Below, in pieces: positions 9,154 through 18,086 of a DNA stretch of 64,000 bases (position 1 is its first letter; every line of letters starts with the position of its first letter). Source of the DNA: Clostridia bacterium. Its GTDB lineage: Bacteria > Bacillota > Clostridia > UBA1381 > UMGS1253. The stretch spans positions 11,288-75,287 of the forward strand of contig JAZSQB010000027.1 in NCBI GenBank assembly GCA_045537695.1, read 5' to 3'. The position numbers and the translations under genes are program-made. The notes under the pieces were generated by a model. The model saw only the letters and a list, made by a program, of their open reading frames with translations, was not told the DNA's origin and made no database searches.

Positions 9154-9207
9154 ACAAAAAGCATACAAAAAAGACACTTCGTATCAGGTGTACTCTTAAG
9201 GACAGTA

Positions 9208-9237
9208 AAAGGCTCTTGCAATTTTGCGAGAGCCTTT
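9208..9237. terminator. Hairpin at the RAYT 3' end
   Basis: aaaggctcttgcaa-tt-ttgcgagagccttt; a homologous hairpin follows the RAYT remnant at 17830. Confidence 0.65.
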
Positions 9238-9733
9238 AATCATTGTAAAAACAATCTTTTTCCCATCTTAAAACATTTGTATCAATATATTCCCATATTT
9301 TCTGATAATCCTTTTCACCACGGATTATATGGTCATTATAGGAAGATTGCCATACATTTTTACCATATTCTTTATTGCAATATCTCTTTAATAAGGATAT
9401 AAATTTTGATATTTCGTTATTGTAGGGTGCGGCGGTTTGCGACGCACCGTTTTTGTAATCCGTAATATTCAAAATTAAATGAAAATGATTTGGCATTATG
9501 ACATATTTATCTATTTTTATATGAGAGTATTTCTCGTTCATCAGATTAATATATTTATCAAGAATTGCACCACATTCCGATAGTATTATTTGCGGTGTGT
9601 CGAAATCGCCACACCCTACGATTTTTCCAAGCAGTTGTTTTCTATCTTTCACGCAGATTGTCAGGAAATACATCCCCGGTGTTGAATAATCATATCCTTT
9701 TAATCTTGTTGGTTTTCGTTTTGGTAAATCCAT
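9236..9733 (-). CDS. REP-associated tyrosine transposase (RAYT; IS200/IS605 Y1 HUH superfamily)
   Basis: RKPTRLKGYDYS..GMYFLTIC, YVIMPNHFH (HUH), WQSSYNDHIIR, YIDTN (catalytic Tyr). Confidence 0.9.
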   Translation of the reverse strand: MDLPKRKPTRLKGYDYSTPGMYFLTICVKDRKQLLGKIVGCGDFDTPQIILSECGAILDKYINLMNEKYSHIKIDKYVIMPNHFHLILNITDYKNGASQTAAPYNNEISKFISLLKRYCNKEYGKNVWQSSYNDHIIRGEKDYQKIWEYIDTNVLRWEKDCFYND

Positions 9734-9737
9734 ACTA

Positions 9738-9980
9738 TTATTTTATTTCCTGTTCTAAATCGTCAAAATCTTTTGTTGAAAAGAATTCTCCTAATGTGAT
9801 TTCTAATCCATCACAAAATTTCTTGATTGTTCTTATAGAAATATCCCTGCGTGATTTATCCATCATACTATATGCAGTTGACGGTGTTACGCCTGATATG
9901 TTTGCAAGCTCATTTATCCGCATATTTCTTTCAGCACAAAGTTCATTAAACCTTTTTACGATTACATCTTTAACATCCAT
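9738..9980 (-). CDS. XRE-family HTH transcriptional regulator
   Basis: 80 aa; INELANISGVTPSTAYSMM helix-turn-helix; TIKKFCDGLEITLGEFF. Confidence 0.88.
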   Translation of the reverse strand: MDVKDVIVKRFNELCAERNMRINELANISGVTPSTAYSMMDKSRRDISIRTIKKFCDGLEITLGEFFSTKDFDDLEQEIK

Positions 9981-10023
9981 TTTAAAACACCTCGTAAAGA
10001 TATTTTAAAATAATTTACATTTT

Positions 10024-10065
10024 TGCGTATACGCACTTGCGTATTTTATGAAATTATGATATACT
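10024..10065 (+). promoter_or_regulatory. sigmaA-like promoter with an adjacent 12-bp palindrome (candidate XRE operator)
   Basis: TGCGTATACGCA at 10024-10035; TTGCGT-17-TATACT with extended TG. Confidence 0.55.
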
Positions 10066-10114
10066 ATATTTGTGAAAATTATTCAAAAGAATAAAATTTT
10101 GGAGGTTAAACAAA

Positions 10115-10885
10115 ATGAAGAAAAGATTACAAGGATTGATTGCAGGTGTACTGATAGGTGCAATGCTGGCGAGTGGGGTGGTATTTGCAAAACAAATCAG
10201 TGAAACAGCAGAGTTGTTTTATAACAACATTAAGATTTACATTGACGGCGGAGAAATTGTTCCAAAAGATGCAAATGGCAATGTTGTTGAACCATTTACA
10301 ATGAACGGAACAACATATTTGCCTGTTCGTGCTATTTCAAATGCTTTTGGAAAAGATGTTGAATGGGACGGAGCAACGCAGAGCGTTTACATTGGAAAGA
10401 AAGACCAGACAAAACCCGATAATTATTTGCATAGAATTCAGTATAATGATTATCGTGAGGCTGATGACGATAATGATTTTGCTATTATAAATGGTACAAT
10501 TACAGATTACAATAACAATGTATATACTAACGGATTACTATTTTTTGTAGATTGGCACAGAGAATTACAGGATGACGCGGATAAGAGCGATATATTGGTG
10601 GCATATCCTTTAAACAGTAGTTATAACACTCTGAAGGGAAAAATTATCATCCCAAAAGAACGCAACATAAGCACAACCGCTGCGACACGGTGTGAATCCG
10701 CAAGTAATGATGTTTTCTTTTATGGAGATGGCAAATTACTTTATAAGGCCACAGGAGTAACATCATCAATGCCATTTTCATTTGATTTGAATATTAAAGG
10801 CGTGAACCAATTAGTAGTTAAAATTAAATGTGCACAAAATTCTTCAACTCATATAGCCCTTACAGATTTGGCACTTTATAAATAA
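10115..10885 (+). CDS. Secreted protein: copper-amine-oxidase N-terminal (stalk) domain plus NPCBM-like C-terminal domain
   Basis: Signal peptide; EPFTMNGTTYLPVRAISNAFGKDVEWDG; C-terminal FYGDGKLLY...FDLNIKGVNQLVVK. Confidence 0.75.
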   Translation: MKKRLQGLIAGVLIGAMLASGVVFAKQISETAELFYNNIKIYIDGGEIVPKDANGNVVEPFTMNGTTYLPVRAISNAFGKDVEWDGATQSVYIGKKDQTKPDNYLHRIQYNDYREADDDNDFAIINGTITDYNNNVYTNGLLFFVDWHRELQDDADKSDILVAYPLNSSYNTLKGKIIIPKERNISTTAATRCESASNDVFFYGDGKLLYKATGVTSSMPFSFDLNIKGVNQLVVKIKCAQNSSTHIALTDLALYK

Positions 10886-10902
10886 TGTCCGGTACTGTAA
10901 CA

Positions 10903-11022
10903 AGCAGGGAAGATGTATCGCATCTTCCGATAATTTTAGGATAATCCTAAGACCTTATGAAGAGGAACGACACGCAGGTCTTTCCCTACAATGCGGTTCG
11001 TCGGAAACCGCCGAACCCTACG
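10903..11022. repeat. Cluster of three GTAG-type REP hairpins
   Basis: GCAG-GGAAGATG tatcg CATCTTCC; GGAACGAC acgcag GTCTTTCC-CTAC; GGTTCGTCGG aaa CCGCCGAACC-CTAC. Confidence 0.75.
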
Positions 11023-11024
11023 AT

Positions 11025-11058
11025 AAAAGGCTGAACGAAATCAATCGTTCAGCCTTTT
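11025..11058. terminator. Bidirectional terminator-like hairpin
   Basis: aaaaggctgaacga-aatcaa-tcgttcagcctttt. Confidence 0.7.
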
Positions 11059-11118
11059 AAATTACTGTCCTTTAGAGTACTCCTCATAAGAAGTGTCTTT
11101 TTTACTAAGAAAAATCAA

Positions 11119-11400
11119 TTATTCCGCAATCAAATCAGCCTCTTCAGCAAGAGCAGTTTCATACTTTGCCAAAATCGAACTTTCTAAATACTCACGCATC
11201 TGCGCGTTGATCGGATGAGCGATGTCTTTAAACTCGCCGTCTGCCGTCTTTCGACTCGGCATTGCAATGAATAACTTATCCTGTCCCTCGATAATCTTAA
11301 TATCATGAACAACGATAGCGTTATCAAATGTAACGGAAACTACTGCTTTCATTTTACCCTCAGCATTGATTTTTCTTACTCTGATATCCGTTATCTCCAC
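11119..11400 (-). CDS. spoVG: Septation regulator SpoVG
   Basis: [10 protein letters not shown]...[29 protein letters not shown]. Confidence 0.97.
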   Translation of the reverse strand: MEITDIRVRKINAEGKMKAVVSVTFDNAIVVHDIKIIEGQDKLFIAMPSRKTADGEFKDIAHPINAQMREYLESSILAKYETALAEEADLIAE

Positions 11401-11737
11401 GATATTTCACCTCCCTACGAACAGTCGCTTTTTCGCACACAACTGCTCCATTTTTTCATTTTCACTATCTCATAATTTCTAATAAATGTCAATAGCTTTT
11501 TAACCAATTCCTTGCAAAATGTAACAGAATTTTCGTTTTAATTGTAAAAACATTGTGCAAATCTAATAGTTCACAATTTCATTTTTTGTAGCTTTAGCAC
11601 AAAAACCATTTTTTCACTGTATCTATACTATGCGCAATAAAAAATTTTTCTTGCATTTTTCTTTGAAAAGTGTTTTAATTTATCTTATGTTGTTATATAA
11701 TGATATCTAGGAATATAAATAGGGAGTTTATCCGAAC

Positions 11738-13114
11738 ATGAACGATTTTTATATCTCGTCTCTCAGCAAAAATGCAAAAATACATTTTATTGGCATTGGC
11801 GGCATCAGTATGAGCGGTCTTGCGCATATTTGTATTAAGGAAGGTTTTACAGTGTCCGGCTCGGACACCGGCACTTCCCCCATTCTGAACCGTCTCTCCG
11901 ATGCAGGTGCAACCATCTATCGCGGTCACGATGCAAAAAACTGTATCGGCGCAGAGCTGGTTGTCTATACAGCGGCGATTCAGGAGGATAATCCGGAGCT
12001 TGTATATGCGCGCGAAAATGGTATACAAAACATCGAACGGTCGATATTTTTAGGTGCGGTAATGCGCAGCTACAGCGATTGCGTATGTATCGCCGGTACG
12101 CACGGCAAAACCACCACAACCTCCATGATGTCGCACGTACTTTTGGCACACGACTGTGACCCGACGATTTTAATTGGCGGCGAGCTCGATGCCATCGGCG
12201 GCAATTATCGTTTGGGTAAAACCGGTTACTTTTTAACGGAAGCTTGTGAATACCATAGCTCCTTTTTAGAGTTTTTTCCGAAATACGCACTCATTACCAA
12301 TGTAGATGCAGACCATTTAGACTACTTTAAAGACTTAAATCACATCAAAGAAACCTTTACAGCCTATGCAAAGCTCCCTGGCAAGGATGGTTTCGTGATT
12401 GTCTGCGGCGACGATGAAAACGCAATGGAATGTGTGCAAACCACAGACGCAACCATCATCACATACGGTCTGGATGCCAAAAACGACATACACCCGACCG
12501 GGGTATATACAAAAGAACACCATATGTGCTTTGAACTGGAAACAGCCGGCGAAACGCGCAAGGTACACCTGCAGGTGGCAGGTATGCACAATCTTTACAA
12601 TGCGCTCGCGTGTTTTGCCATCGGCAAAGCGATGGGCATAGATGCCGATACCGTGCAGCGCGGCGTGGAAAGCTTTACCATGGTGCACCGCCGTTTTGAA
12701 AGAAAAGGCGAGCTAAACGGTGCTTGCATTGTAGACGATTATGCCCACCATCCAACGGAAATCATGTGCACACTGCAGGCGGCAAAATCTATCGCCAATG
12801 GGCGCGTTATTGTTGCATTCCAGCCGCATACGTACACCAGAACGTACACCTTGCTTGAAGAGTTTGCAAATGCGTTTAACGATGCGGACGAAGTGCTCGT
12901 ATTTGACATTTATGCGGCACGCGAAAAGGATACCGGTCTGATTCACGCGCGTGACCTAGCTAAAAAGCTAAAGCAAAACGGTGTAAATGCAAAATATATC
13001 GAAAACTTTGATGCGGCCGAGACGAATTTAAGACACACCTTACAGCCCGGGGATATATTACTCACAATGGGTGCCGGCAACATATTTCAGGTCGGCGAAT
13101 ATTTATTAAAATAA
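11738..13114 (+). CDS. murC: UDP-N-acetylmuramate--L-alanine ligase
   Basis: IHFIGIGGISMSGLA, GTHGKTTTT, DDYAHHPTE, FQPHTYTRT. Confidence 0.96.
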   Translation: MNDFYISSLSKNAKIHFIGIGGISMSGLAHICIKEGFTVSGSDTGTSPILNRLSDAGATIYRGHDAKNCIGAELVVYTAAIQEDNPELVYARENGIQNIERSIFLGAVMRSYSDCVCIAGTHGKTTTTSMMSHVLLAHDCDPTILIGGELDAIGGNYRLGKTGYFLTEACEYHSSFLEFFPKYALITNVDADHLDYFKDLNHIKETFTAYAKLPGKDGFVIVCGDDENAMECVQTTDATIITYGLDAKNDIHPTGVYTKEHHMCFELETAGETRKVHLQVAGMHNLYNALACFAIGKAMGIDADTVQRGVESFTMVHRRFERKGELNGACIVDDYAHHPTEIMCTLQAAKSIANGRVIVAFQPHTYTRTYTLLEEFANAFNDADEVLVFDIYAAREKDTGLIHARDLAKKLKQNGVNAKYIENFDAAETNLRHTLQPGDILLTMGAGNIFQVGEYLLK

Positions 13115-13117
13115 ACG

Positions 13118-13150
13118 AAAAAAGCACTTGCCTTACGCAAGTGCTTTTTT
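13118..13150. terminator. Bidirectional terminator between murC and tRNA-Leu
   Basis: aaaaaagcacttgc-cttac-gcaagtgctttttt. Confidence 0.8.
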
Positions 13151-13236
13151 GGTGCCGCTGGTCGGGGTCGAACCGACACGGTATCACTACCACAGGATTT
13201 TGAGTCCAGCGCGTCTGCCAATTCCACCACAGCGGC
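13150..13236 (-). tRNA. tRNA-Leu(CAA)
   Basis: GCCGCTG acceptor stem, TGGCAGAC D-loop, CT-CAA-AA anticodon loop (one U-U pair in the stem), long variable arm, GTTCGA T-loop, encoded CCA; 87 nt. Confidence 0.95.
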
Positions 13237-13411
13237 ATATGAAATTGAACACTTAAATAAGATACCATATTCGACGGAAGATGTCAAGCGTTTTTTTAAT
13301 AAACTTTGCATAAAATCATACGAAAAGGCAATGTTTTTATTGATTGTAAAACTTTTTTGTGCTAATATAAATACATCAGTAGCAATTCCAATAAAAAAGG
13401 AGTGTAAACAA

Positions 13412-14836
13412 ATGAAGAAAACTGTACAGGATATTATTTCCATGATTCAGGAAAATGACATCAAGATGGTGGACTTTAAGATGGTGGACATCAACGGTCA
13501 GTATCGCCATGTGACGATTCCTGCAAAGAACTTTTCCGAAAAGACAATGAAAAACGGCATCGGCTTCGATGCCTCCAACTATGGCTACGCCGTAGTGGAA
13601 AAAAGCGATATGGTATTCATTCCGGATCCAGACACCGCTGTGATTGACCCGTTCTGCGAAATCCCGACCCTGTCTATGACCGGTAACGCCATGATTATCG
13701 ACTCGCCGGAAAACAGACCGCTCGCGCAGTATCCGAGAAACATCGTACTCGCGGCTGAAAAATACTTAAAGGACTGCGGCATTGCAGATACGATGCTGAT
13801 TCTGCCGGAGTTTGAATTCTACCTTTTCGACCAGATTGGCTGGGAAGTAAAGCCGGAATCCATCGGCATGCGTCTTGATGCAATGCAGGCGCACTGGAAC
13901 AGCGCCGTAGAAGGCACGGGCAACATTGTTGCAAAGCAGAAAAACTACCACATTGCAAAGCCATTTGACATTGCATACGAAGCAAGAAGCGAAATGTGTA
14001 TGCTTATCGACGATGCAGGCATCGCCTTAAACTACCACCATCCGGAAGTGGGCGCAGGCGGTCAGTTTGAAATCGAGCCGGAGCTCGGTCAGATGTCTAA
14101 AATGGCTGATGCAACCATGATGATTAAATACATCATCCACAACACCGCAAGAAAGTACGGTCTTTCCGCTACATTTATGCCAAAGCCGGTGATGGGCGAA
14201 GCAGGTAATGGTATGCATGTTCACATGCAGCTTTTTAAGGACGGCTTGCCGGTATTCTCCGATGATAACGGCTATGCACACTTAAGTAAGGAAGCGCACT
14301 GGTTCATGGGCGGTCTTTTAAAGCACATTGCATCCCTCTGTGCACTCACAAACCCGTCCACCAACTCGTTTAAGCGTCTTGTACCGGGCTTTGAAGCACC
14401 GGTGACCGTAGGCTATGCAACCTCCAACAGAAGTGCCGTAATCCGTATTCCTGCATACGCAAAAGCACCGGAGCTTCGCCGCTTCGAGCTTAGAAATCCG
14501 GACGCAACCTGTAACCCGTACTTCTGCTATGCAGCTATCCTGATGGCAGGTATCGACGGTATCAAAAATCAGATTGACCCGCACGAAAACGGCTGGGGTC
14601 CGTACGATATGAACCTCTTCCACTTAAGCGACGAGGAAAAGGCGAAATTAAAGCACCTGCCGACCTCGCTCGACCAGGCACTCGATGCCCTAGAAGCAGA
14701 TCACGACTACCTCACTGCAGGCGGTGTATTCCCGGAAGAACTGCTCAAAAACTTCATCGCTACCAAGCGCGAAGAATGCCGTCAGCTCTCCACCATTCCG
14801 CATCCGGCAGAATTTGAGAAATATTATAATCTGTAA
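13412..14836 (+). CDS. glnA: Glutamine synthetase type I
   Basis: FDASN, EFEFYLF, HHPEVG, ATFMPKP..AGNGMHVH, RLVPGFEAP, NRSAVIRIP, FELRNPD. Start MKKTVQ after an AAGGAG RBS. Confidence 0.95.
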   Translation: MKKTVQDIISMIQENDIKMVDFKMVDINGQYRHVTIPAKNFSEKTMKNGIGFDASNYGYAVVEKSDMVFIPDPDTAVIDPFCEIPTLSMTGNAMIIDSPENRPLAQYPRNIVLAAEKYLKDCGIADTMLILPEFEFYLFDQIGWEVKPESIGMRLDAMQAHWNSAVEGTGNIVAKQKNYHIAKPFDIAYEARSEMCMLIDDAGIALNYHHPEVGAGGQFEIEPELGQMSKMADATMMIKYIIHNTARKYGLSATFMPKPVMGEAGNGMHVHMQLFKDGLPVFSDDNGYAHLSKEAHWFMGGLLKHIASLCALTNPSTNSFKRLVPGFEAPVTVGYATSNRSAVIRIPAYAKAPELRRFELRNPDATCNPYFCYAAILMAGIDGIKNQIDPHENGWGPYDMNLFHLSDEEKAKLKHLPTSLDQALDALEADHDYLTAGGVFPEELLKNFIATKREECRQLSTIPHPAEFEKYYNL

Positions 14837-14868
14837 TGCAAAGCAAAAGACGGGAGGGTTGTAAATAA

Positions 14869-14980
14869 CAACCCCTCAGTCAAAACTCGTTTTGACAGCT
14901 CCCCTTACACAGGGGAGCCTTTTTGTTGCGGTGCGCCCTACTAACATTCAATATCGTAGGGGTAATGCACGAATCGCCCA
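14869..14980. repeat. CCCTCAG-type double hairpin (copy 2) followed by a degenerate CCCTAC...GTAGGG REP pair
   Basis: aacccctcagtcaaaac tc gttttgacagctcccct tacac aggggagc; then gcgccctac-14 nt-gtaggggtaatgcacgaatcgccc. Confidence 0.7.
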
Positions 14981-15028
14981 TAAAAAACTGCAATCCGTTG
15001 GGCAATGATATGCAAATTTTATAGGTGC

Positions 15029-16792
15029 TTATTTTATTTTCGTATACATACTGTACAGACCGGCATACATGCCGTCTTTTTCCATCAGCTCTGTGTGCGT
15101 TCCTTCCTCGACAATACCCTCATCCGTTAAGACAACAATCTTATCTGCATTACGGATGGTGGTTAAGCGGTGCGCCACCGTAAAGGTCGTTCTGCCCTTG
15201 GCAAGCTTTTCGAGTGACTGCTGTACAATCAGCTCACTTTCGTTATCGAGTGCACTCGTCGCTTCATCCAGAATCAGAATCGGCGGATTTTTTAAAAATA
15301 CACGTGCAATGGCAAGGCGTTGCTTCTGTCCACCGGAGAGTTTAATGCCGCGCTCACCGATATAGGTGTCATACCCGTCTGAAAGTCCCATAATAAATTC
15401 GTGCGCCCCCGCGAGCATTGCAGCCTCAACAATTTCCTCTTCAGTCGCATCCATTTTACCATAACAGATGTTTTCCTTCACTGTGCCGCAGAACATATAT
15501 ACATCCTGCGCCACAACACCGATATGGTCGCGCAGACTTTTTAAGGAAATGTCTCTTATATCCGTGCCATCGAGCAAAATCTCTCCAGACTGGATTTCGT
15601 AAAAATGCCCAATTAAGTTACACATCGTCGTTTTACCGCCACCGGAAGGACCAACCAGTGCAATGTTTTCGCCCGGTTTTGCGTGTAAATTGATATTACT
15701 TAGCACATCCTCGGCGCTGTCGTTATATTTAAAGCAAACGTTCTTAAATTCAATTTCGCCACGTACATCCTCAATCTCCACCGGATTTTCACAATCGCGG
15801 ATGTCCGGCTCCTCCGCCATAATTTCCGTAAAACGCTCAATGCCGGTGATACCGCGCTGAAACTGCTCCGTAAACTCCACGATTTTGCGAATGGACGCAA
15901 TCAGGGTCTGAATATATAAAATATATGCAATCAAATCCGCCGGCTGAATCAAACCGCGAATCATAAATACCGAGCCGAGCACAATGCCGACCACATACAT
16001 CAATCCGTCAAAGAAGCGGTTTGCCGCCTGAAAGCGCGCCATATAGACGTACGCCTTTTTCTTCGCCGCGAAGAAGCGCAGATTACCCTTGCCGAACTTC
16101 TTTTTCTCCACCTCTTCATTGGCAAAGCTTTTCACCACGCGAATACCGAGCAGGCTGTCCTCCAAATCCGCATTAAGCTCGCCAACCTGCACGCGCTGCT
16201 CTTTAAATGCATTTTTCATTCCCTTGCGGAACAGTCCGACCGAAATGAGCATAATCGGCAACACTAGGAAAATCAATACCGTCAACTGCGCATTGATGCC
16301 GCTTAAAATAATAAACGCGCCAATCAGTTTAATACCCGCAATAAACATTTCTTCCGGAAAATGGTGTGAAAACTCCGTAATGTCAAACAAATCCGTGGTC
16401 ACGCGCGTCATCAGCTGCCCGACCTTGGTATTATCAAAAAAGTTATACGAAAGCGTCTGCATATGCGCAAACAAATCGCGGCGCATATCCGTTTCCAGCT
16501 TCGTACCCATCACGTGCCCGACATATGCCATATAATAATTTGCCGCTGTATCCACCAGACGCAAAAACAGATACAGAGCGCCGATTTTTAAAACCGAGCT
16601 GAGCAAAAGCGCCTCCGGATTGGTCTGCGCCGTAGCGGTGATATAGCGCACGAGCATTGGAAACAAAAGCTCGCACACCGTCGTCAGCGCAGCGCAGAGA
16701 AGGTCGACGCCCACAATGCCCAAGTACGGCTTGTAGTACGGCAAAAACTGCATAAATATTTTGAAGGTTGATTTCTTATTTTCTTTGGACAT
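15029..16792 (-). CDS. ABC exporter, fused permease/ATPase
   Basis: TM domain plus GPSGGGKT, LSGGQKQR, ILDEATSALD, VAHRL. Confidence 0.95.
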   Translation of the reverse strand: MSKENKKSTFKIFMQFLPYYKPYLGIVGVDLLCAALTTVCELLFPMLVRYITATAQTNPEALLLSSVLKIGALYLFLRLVDTAANYYMAYVGHVMGTKLETDMRRDLFAHMQTLSYNFFDNTKVGQLMTRVTTDLFDITEFSHHFPEEMFIAGIKLIGAFIILSGINAQLTVLIFLVLPIMLISVGLFRKGMKNAFKEQRVQVGELNADLEDSLLGIRVVKSFANEEVEKKKFGKGNLRFFAAKKKAYVYMARFQAANRFFDGLMYVVGIVLGSVFMIRGLIQPADLIAYILYIQTLIASIRKIVEFTEQFQRGITGIERFTEIMAEEPDIRDCENPVEIEDVRGEIEFKNVCFKYNDSAEDVLSNINLHAKPGENIALVGPSGGGKTTMCNLIGHFYEIQSGEILLDGTDIRDISLKSLRDHIGVVAQDVYMFCGTVKENICYGKMDATEEEIVEAAMLAGAHEFIMGLSDGYDTYIGERGIKLSGGQKQRLAIARVFLKNPPILILDEATSALDNESELIVQQSLEKLAKGRTTFTVAHRLTTIRNADKIVVLTDEGIVEEGTHTELMEKDGMYAGLYSMYTKIK

Positions 16793-16930
16793 CTCGCATA
16801 AACCTCACAGAAATTTTATATGAAGTAAGTATACTAAACTGCCCCTGCTTTTGTCAAGATTATGACAAAACTTGACAAATTTTTTAATTATGGTATACTT
16901 TGTGTGATATTGTGCTAGCGGGGGATTTTT

Positions 16931-17815
16931 ATGATTTACATTATTGCAAATACACTTTCCGGCAGCGGCAAGGGCGCCGCATGCCTGAAAAAGACAGAAG
17001 CGATTTTGCGCGAGAAAAACATCGCTTTCCAGACGCGCATTTCCGAATACGCCGGACACAGCAGCGTACTTACAAAAGAAGCCTGCGCAAACTTGGATTG
17101 TCGCCGCATTATTGCCATCGGCGGTGATGGTACCTTCAGCGAGGTGCTCCGCGGCTTGGATTTATCCGTACCAATTGCTTTCGTACCCGCCGGTACGGGC
17201 AACGACTTTGTAAACGGCGCAGAATTGCCGACAGATACACAAAAGGCGGTTGAAGCTGCCGCATATGGTAAGCCGGTGCTCTACGATATGATAAAAGTCA
17301 ACGGCAAGCGCTGCTTAAATGTTGCAGGCACAGGCTTTGATGTCAACGTGCTTTTGCACGAGCAAAAAATCCGCAAGGTATACAAAAGCAAGCTCAGTTA
17401 CACCTTGGCGCTGCTGCGCGCGCTGTTAAAGCTTGAATTTACACCGGTGACCATTCGCGTCGATGACGGTGAGCCGTTTGAAGAAGATGTGCTGCTTTTG
17501 GCAGCCGCAAACGGCAAGTATTACGGCGGCGGTCTTCCGATTTGTCCGTCCGCAACCGCCAATGACGGGTATATGGATTTGGTGAGCATCAAAAAGCTCT
17601 CCTACCTTGCACTGCCGGGCGTGCTGTTAAAGTTCTTTAAAGGCAAAATTGCCGAAATCACCGAATACGCGAAGATTTTTCGTTGCAAGAAAATCAGCCT
17701 GCTGGTGAAAAAGCCGCTTCCGGTCAATATTGACGGTGAACTCTGCGAAGAAACACAACCCTTGCAAATTGAGCTTGTCAGCAAGCGCTTGCAGGTACTA
17801 TGCTTAAATGATTGA
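16931..17815 (+). CDS. Diacylglycerol/lipid kinase family (YegS/BmrU)
   Basis: IGGDGTFSE, PAGTGNDF, NVAGTGFD, NGKYYGGG, NIDGE. Confidence 0.92.
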   Translation: MIYIIANTLSGSGKGAACLKKTEAILREKNIAFQTRISEYAGHSSVLTKEACANLDCRRIIAIGGDGTFSEVLRGLDLSVPIAFVPAGTGNDFVNGAELPTDTQKAVEAAAYGKPVLYDMIKVNGKRCLNVAGTGFDVNVLLHEQKIRKVYKSKLSYTLALLRALLKLEFTPVTIRVDDGEPFEEDVLLLAAANGKYYGGGLPICPSATANDGYMDLVSIKKLSYLALPGVLLKFFKGKIAEITEYAKIFRCKKISLLVKKPLPVNIDGELCEETQPLQIELVSKRLQVLCLND

Positions 17816-17829
17816 TCAGTGTATATAAC

Positions 17830-17997
17830 AAGGCTCTCGCTACTGCGAGAGCCTTACATCATTATAAATACAATTCTTTTCCCATCCCATTACATCCATA
17901 TCTATATATTCCCATATTTTCCGACAACCCGCTTTACCAAGAATAACGTGGTCATGCGCGCCTGCCATATGTTTTCACCATATGCCTTGTTACAAAG
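17830..17997 (-). pseudogene. Frameshifted C-terminal remnant of a second RAYT gene with its 3' hairpin
   Basis: - strand reads CNKAYGENIWQA / HDHVILGKAGCRKIWEYIDMDVMGWEKNCIYND, versus CNKEYGKNVWQSSYNDHIIRGEKDYQKIWEYIDTNVLRWEKDCFYND in the intact RAYT. Followed by aaggctctcgc-tact-gcgagagcctt. Confidence 0.85.
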
Positions 17998-18086
17998 CAT
18001 GGCGCATTAATCCGGCGCGCCGTTACACACAAATCCCAACACACAAAAAACGGGTAGAGCAAAATTGTGCTGCACCTGTTTCTTTT

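Larger units (their letters stand above)
9167..11103. mobile_element. AT-rich cassette (RAYT + XRE + secreted protein) bounded by 42-bp inverted repeats
   Basis: Left arm 9167-9208 AAAAAAGACACTTCGTATCAGGTGTACTCTTAAGGACAGTAA. Right arm 11062-11103, reverse-complemented: AAAAAAGACACTTCTTATGAGGAGTACTCTAAAGGACAGTAA (4 mismatches). Interior is visibly more AT-rich than the flanks. Confidence 0.7.

Noticed and set aside
13150-13236. tRNA-Leu as an integration site for an island
   Set aside because: Flanked by murC and glnA; no duplicated 3' end or integrase seen.
17819-18010. 63-aa + strand ORF
   Set aside because: It is the antisense of the RAYT remnant.
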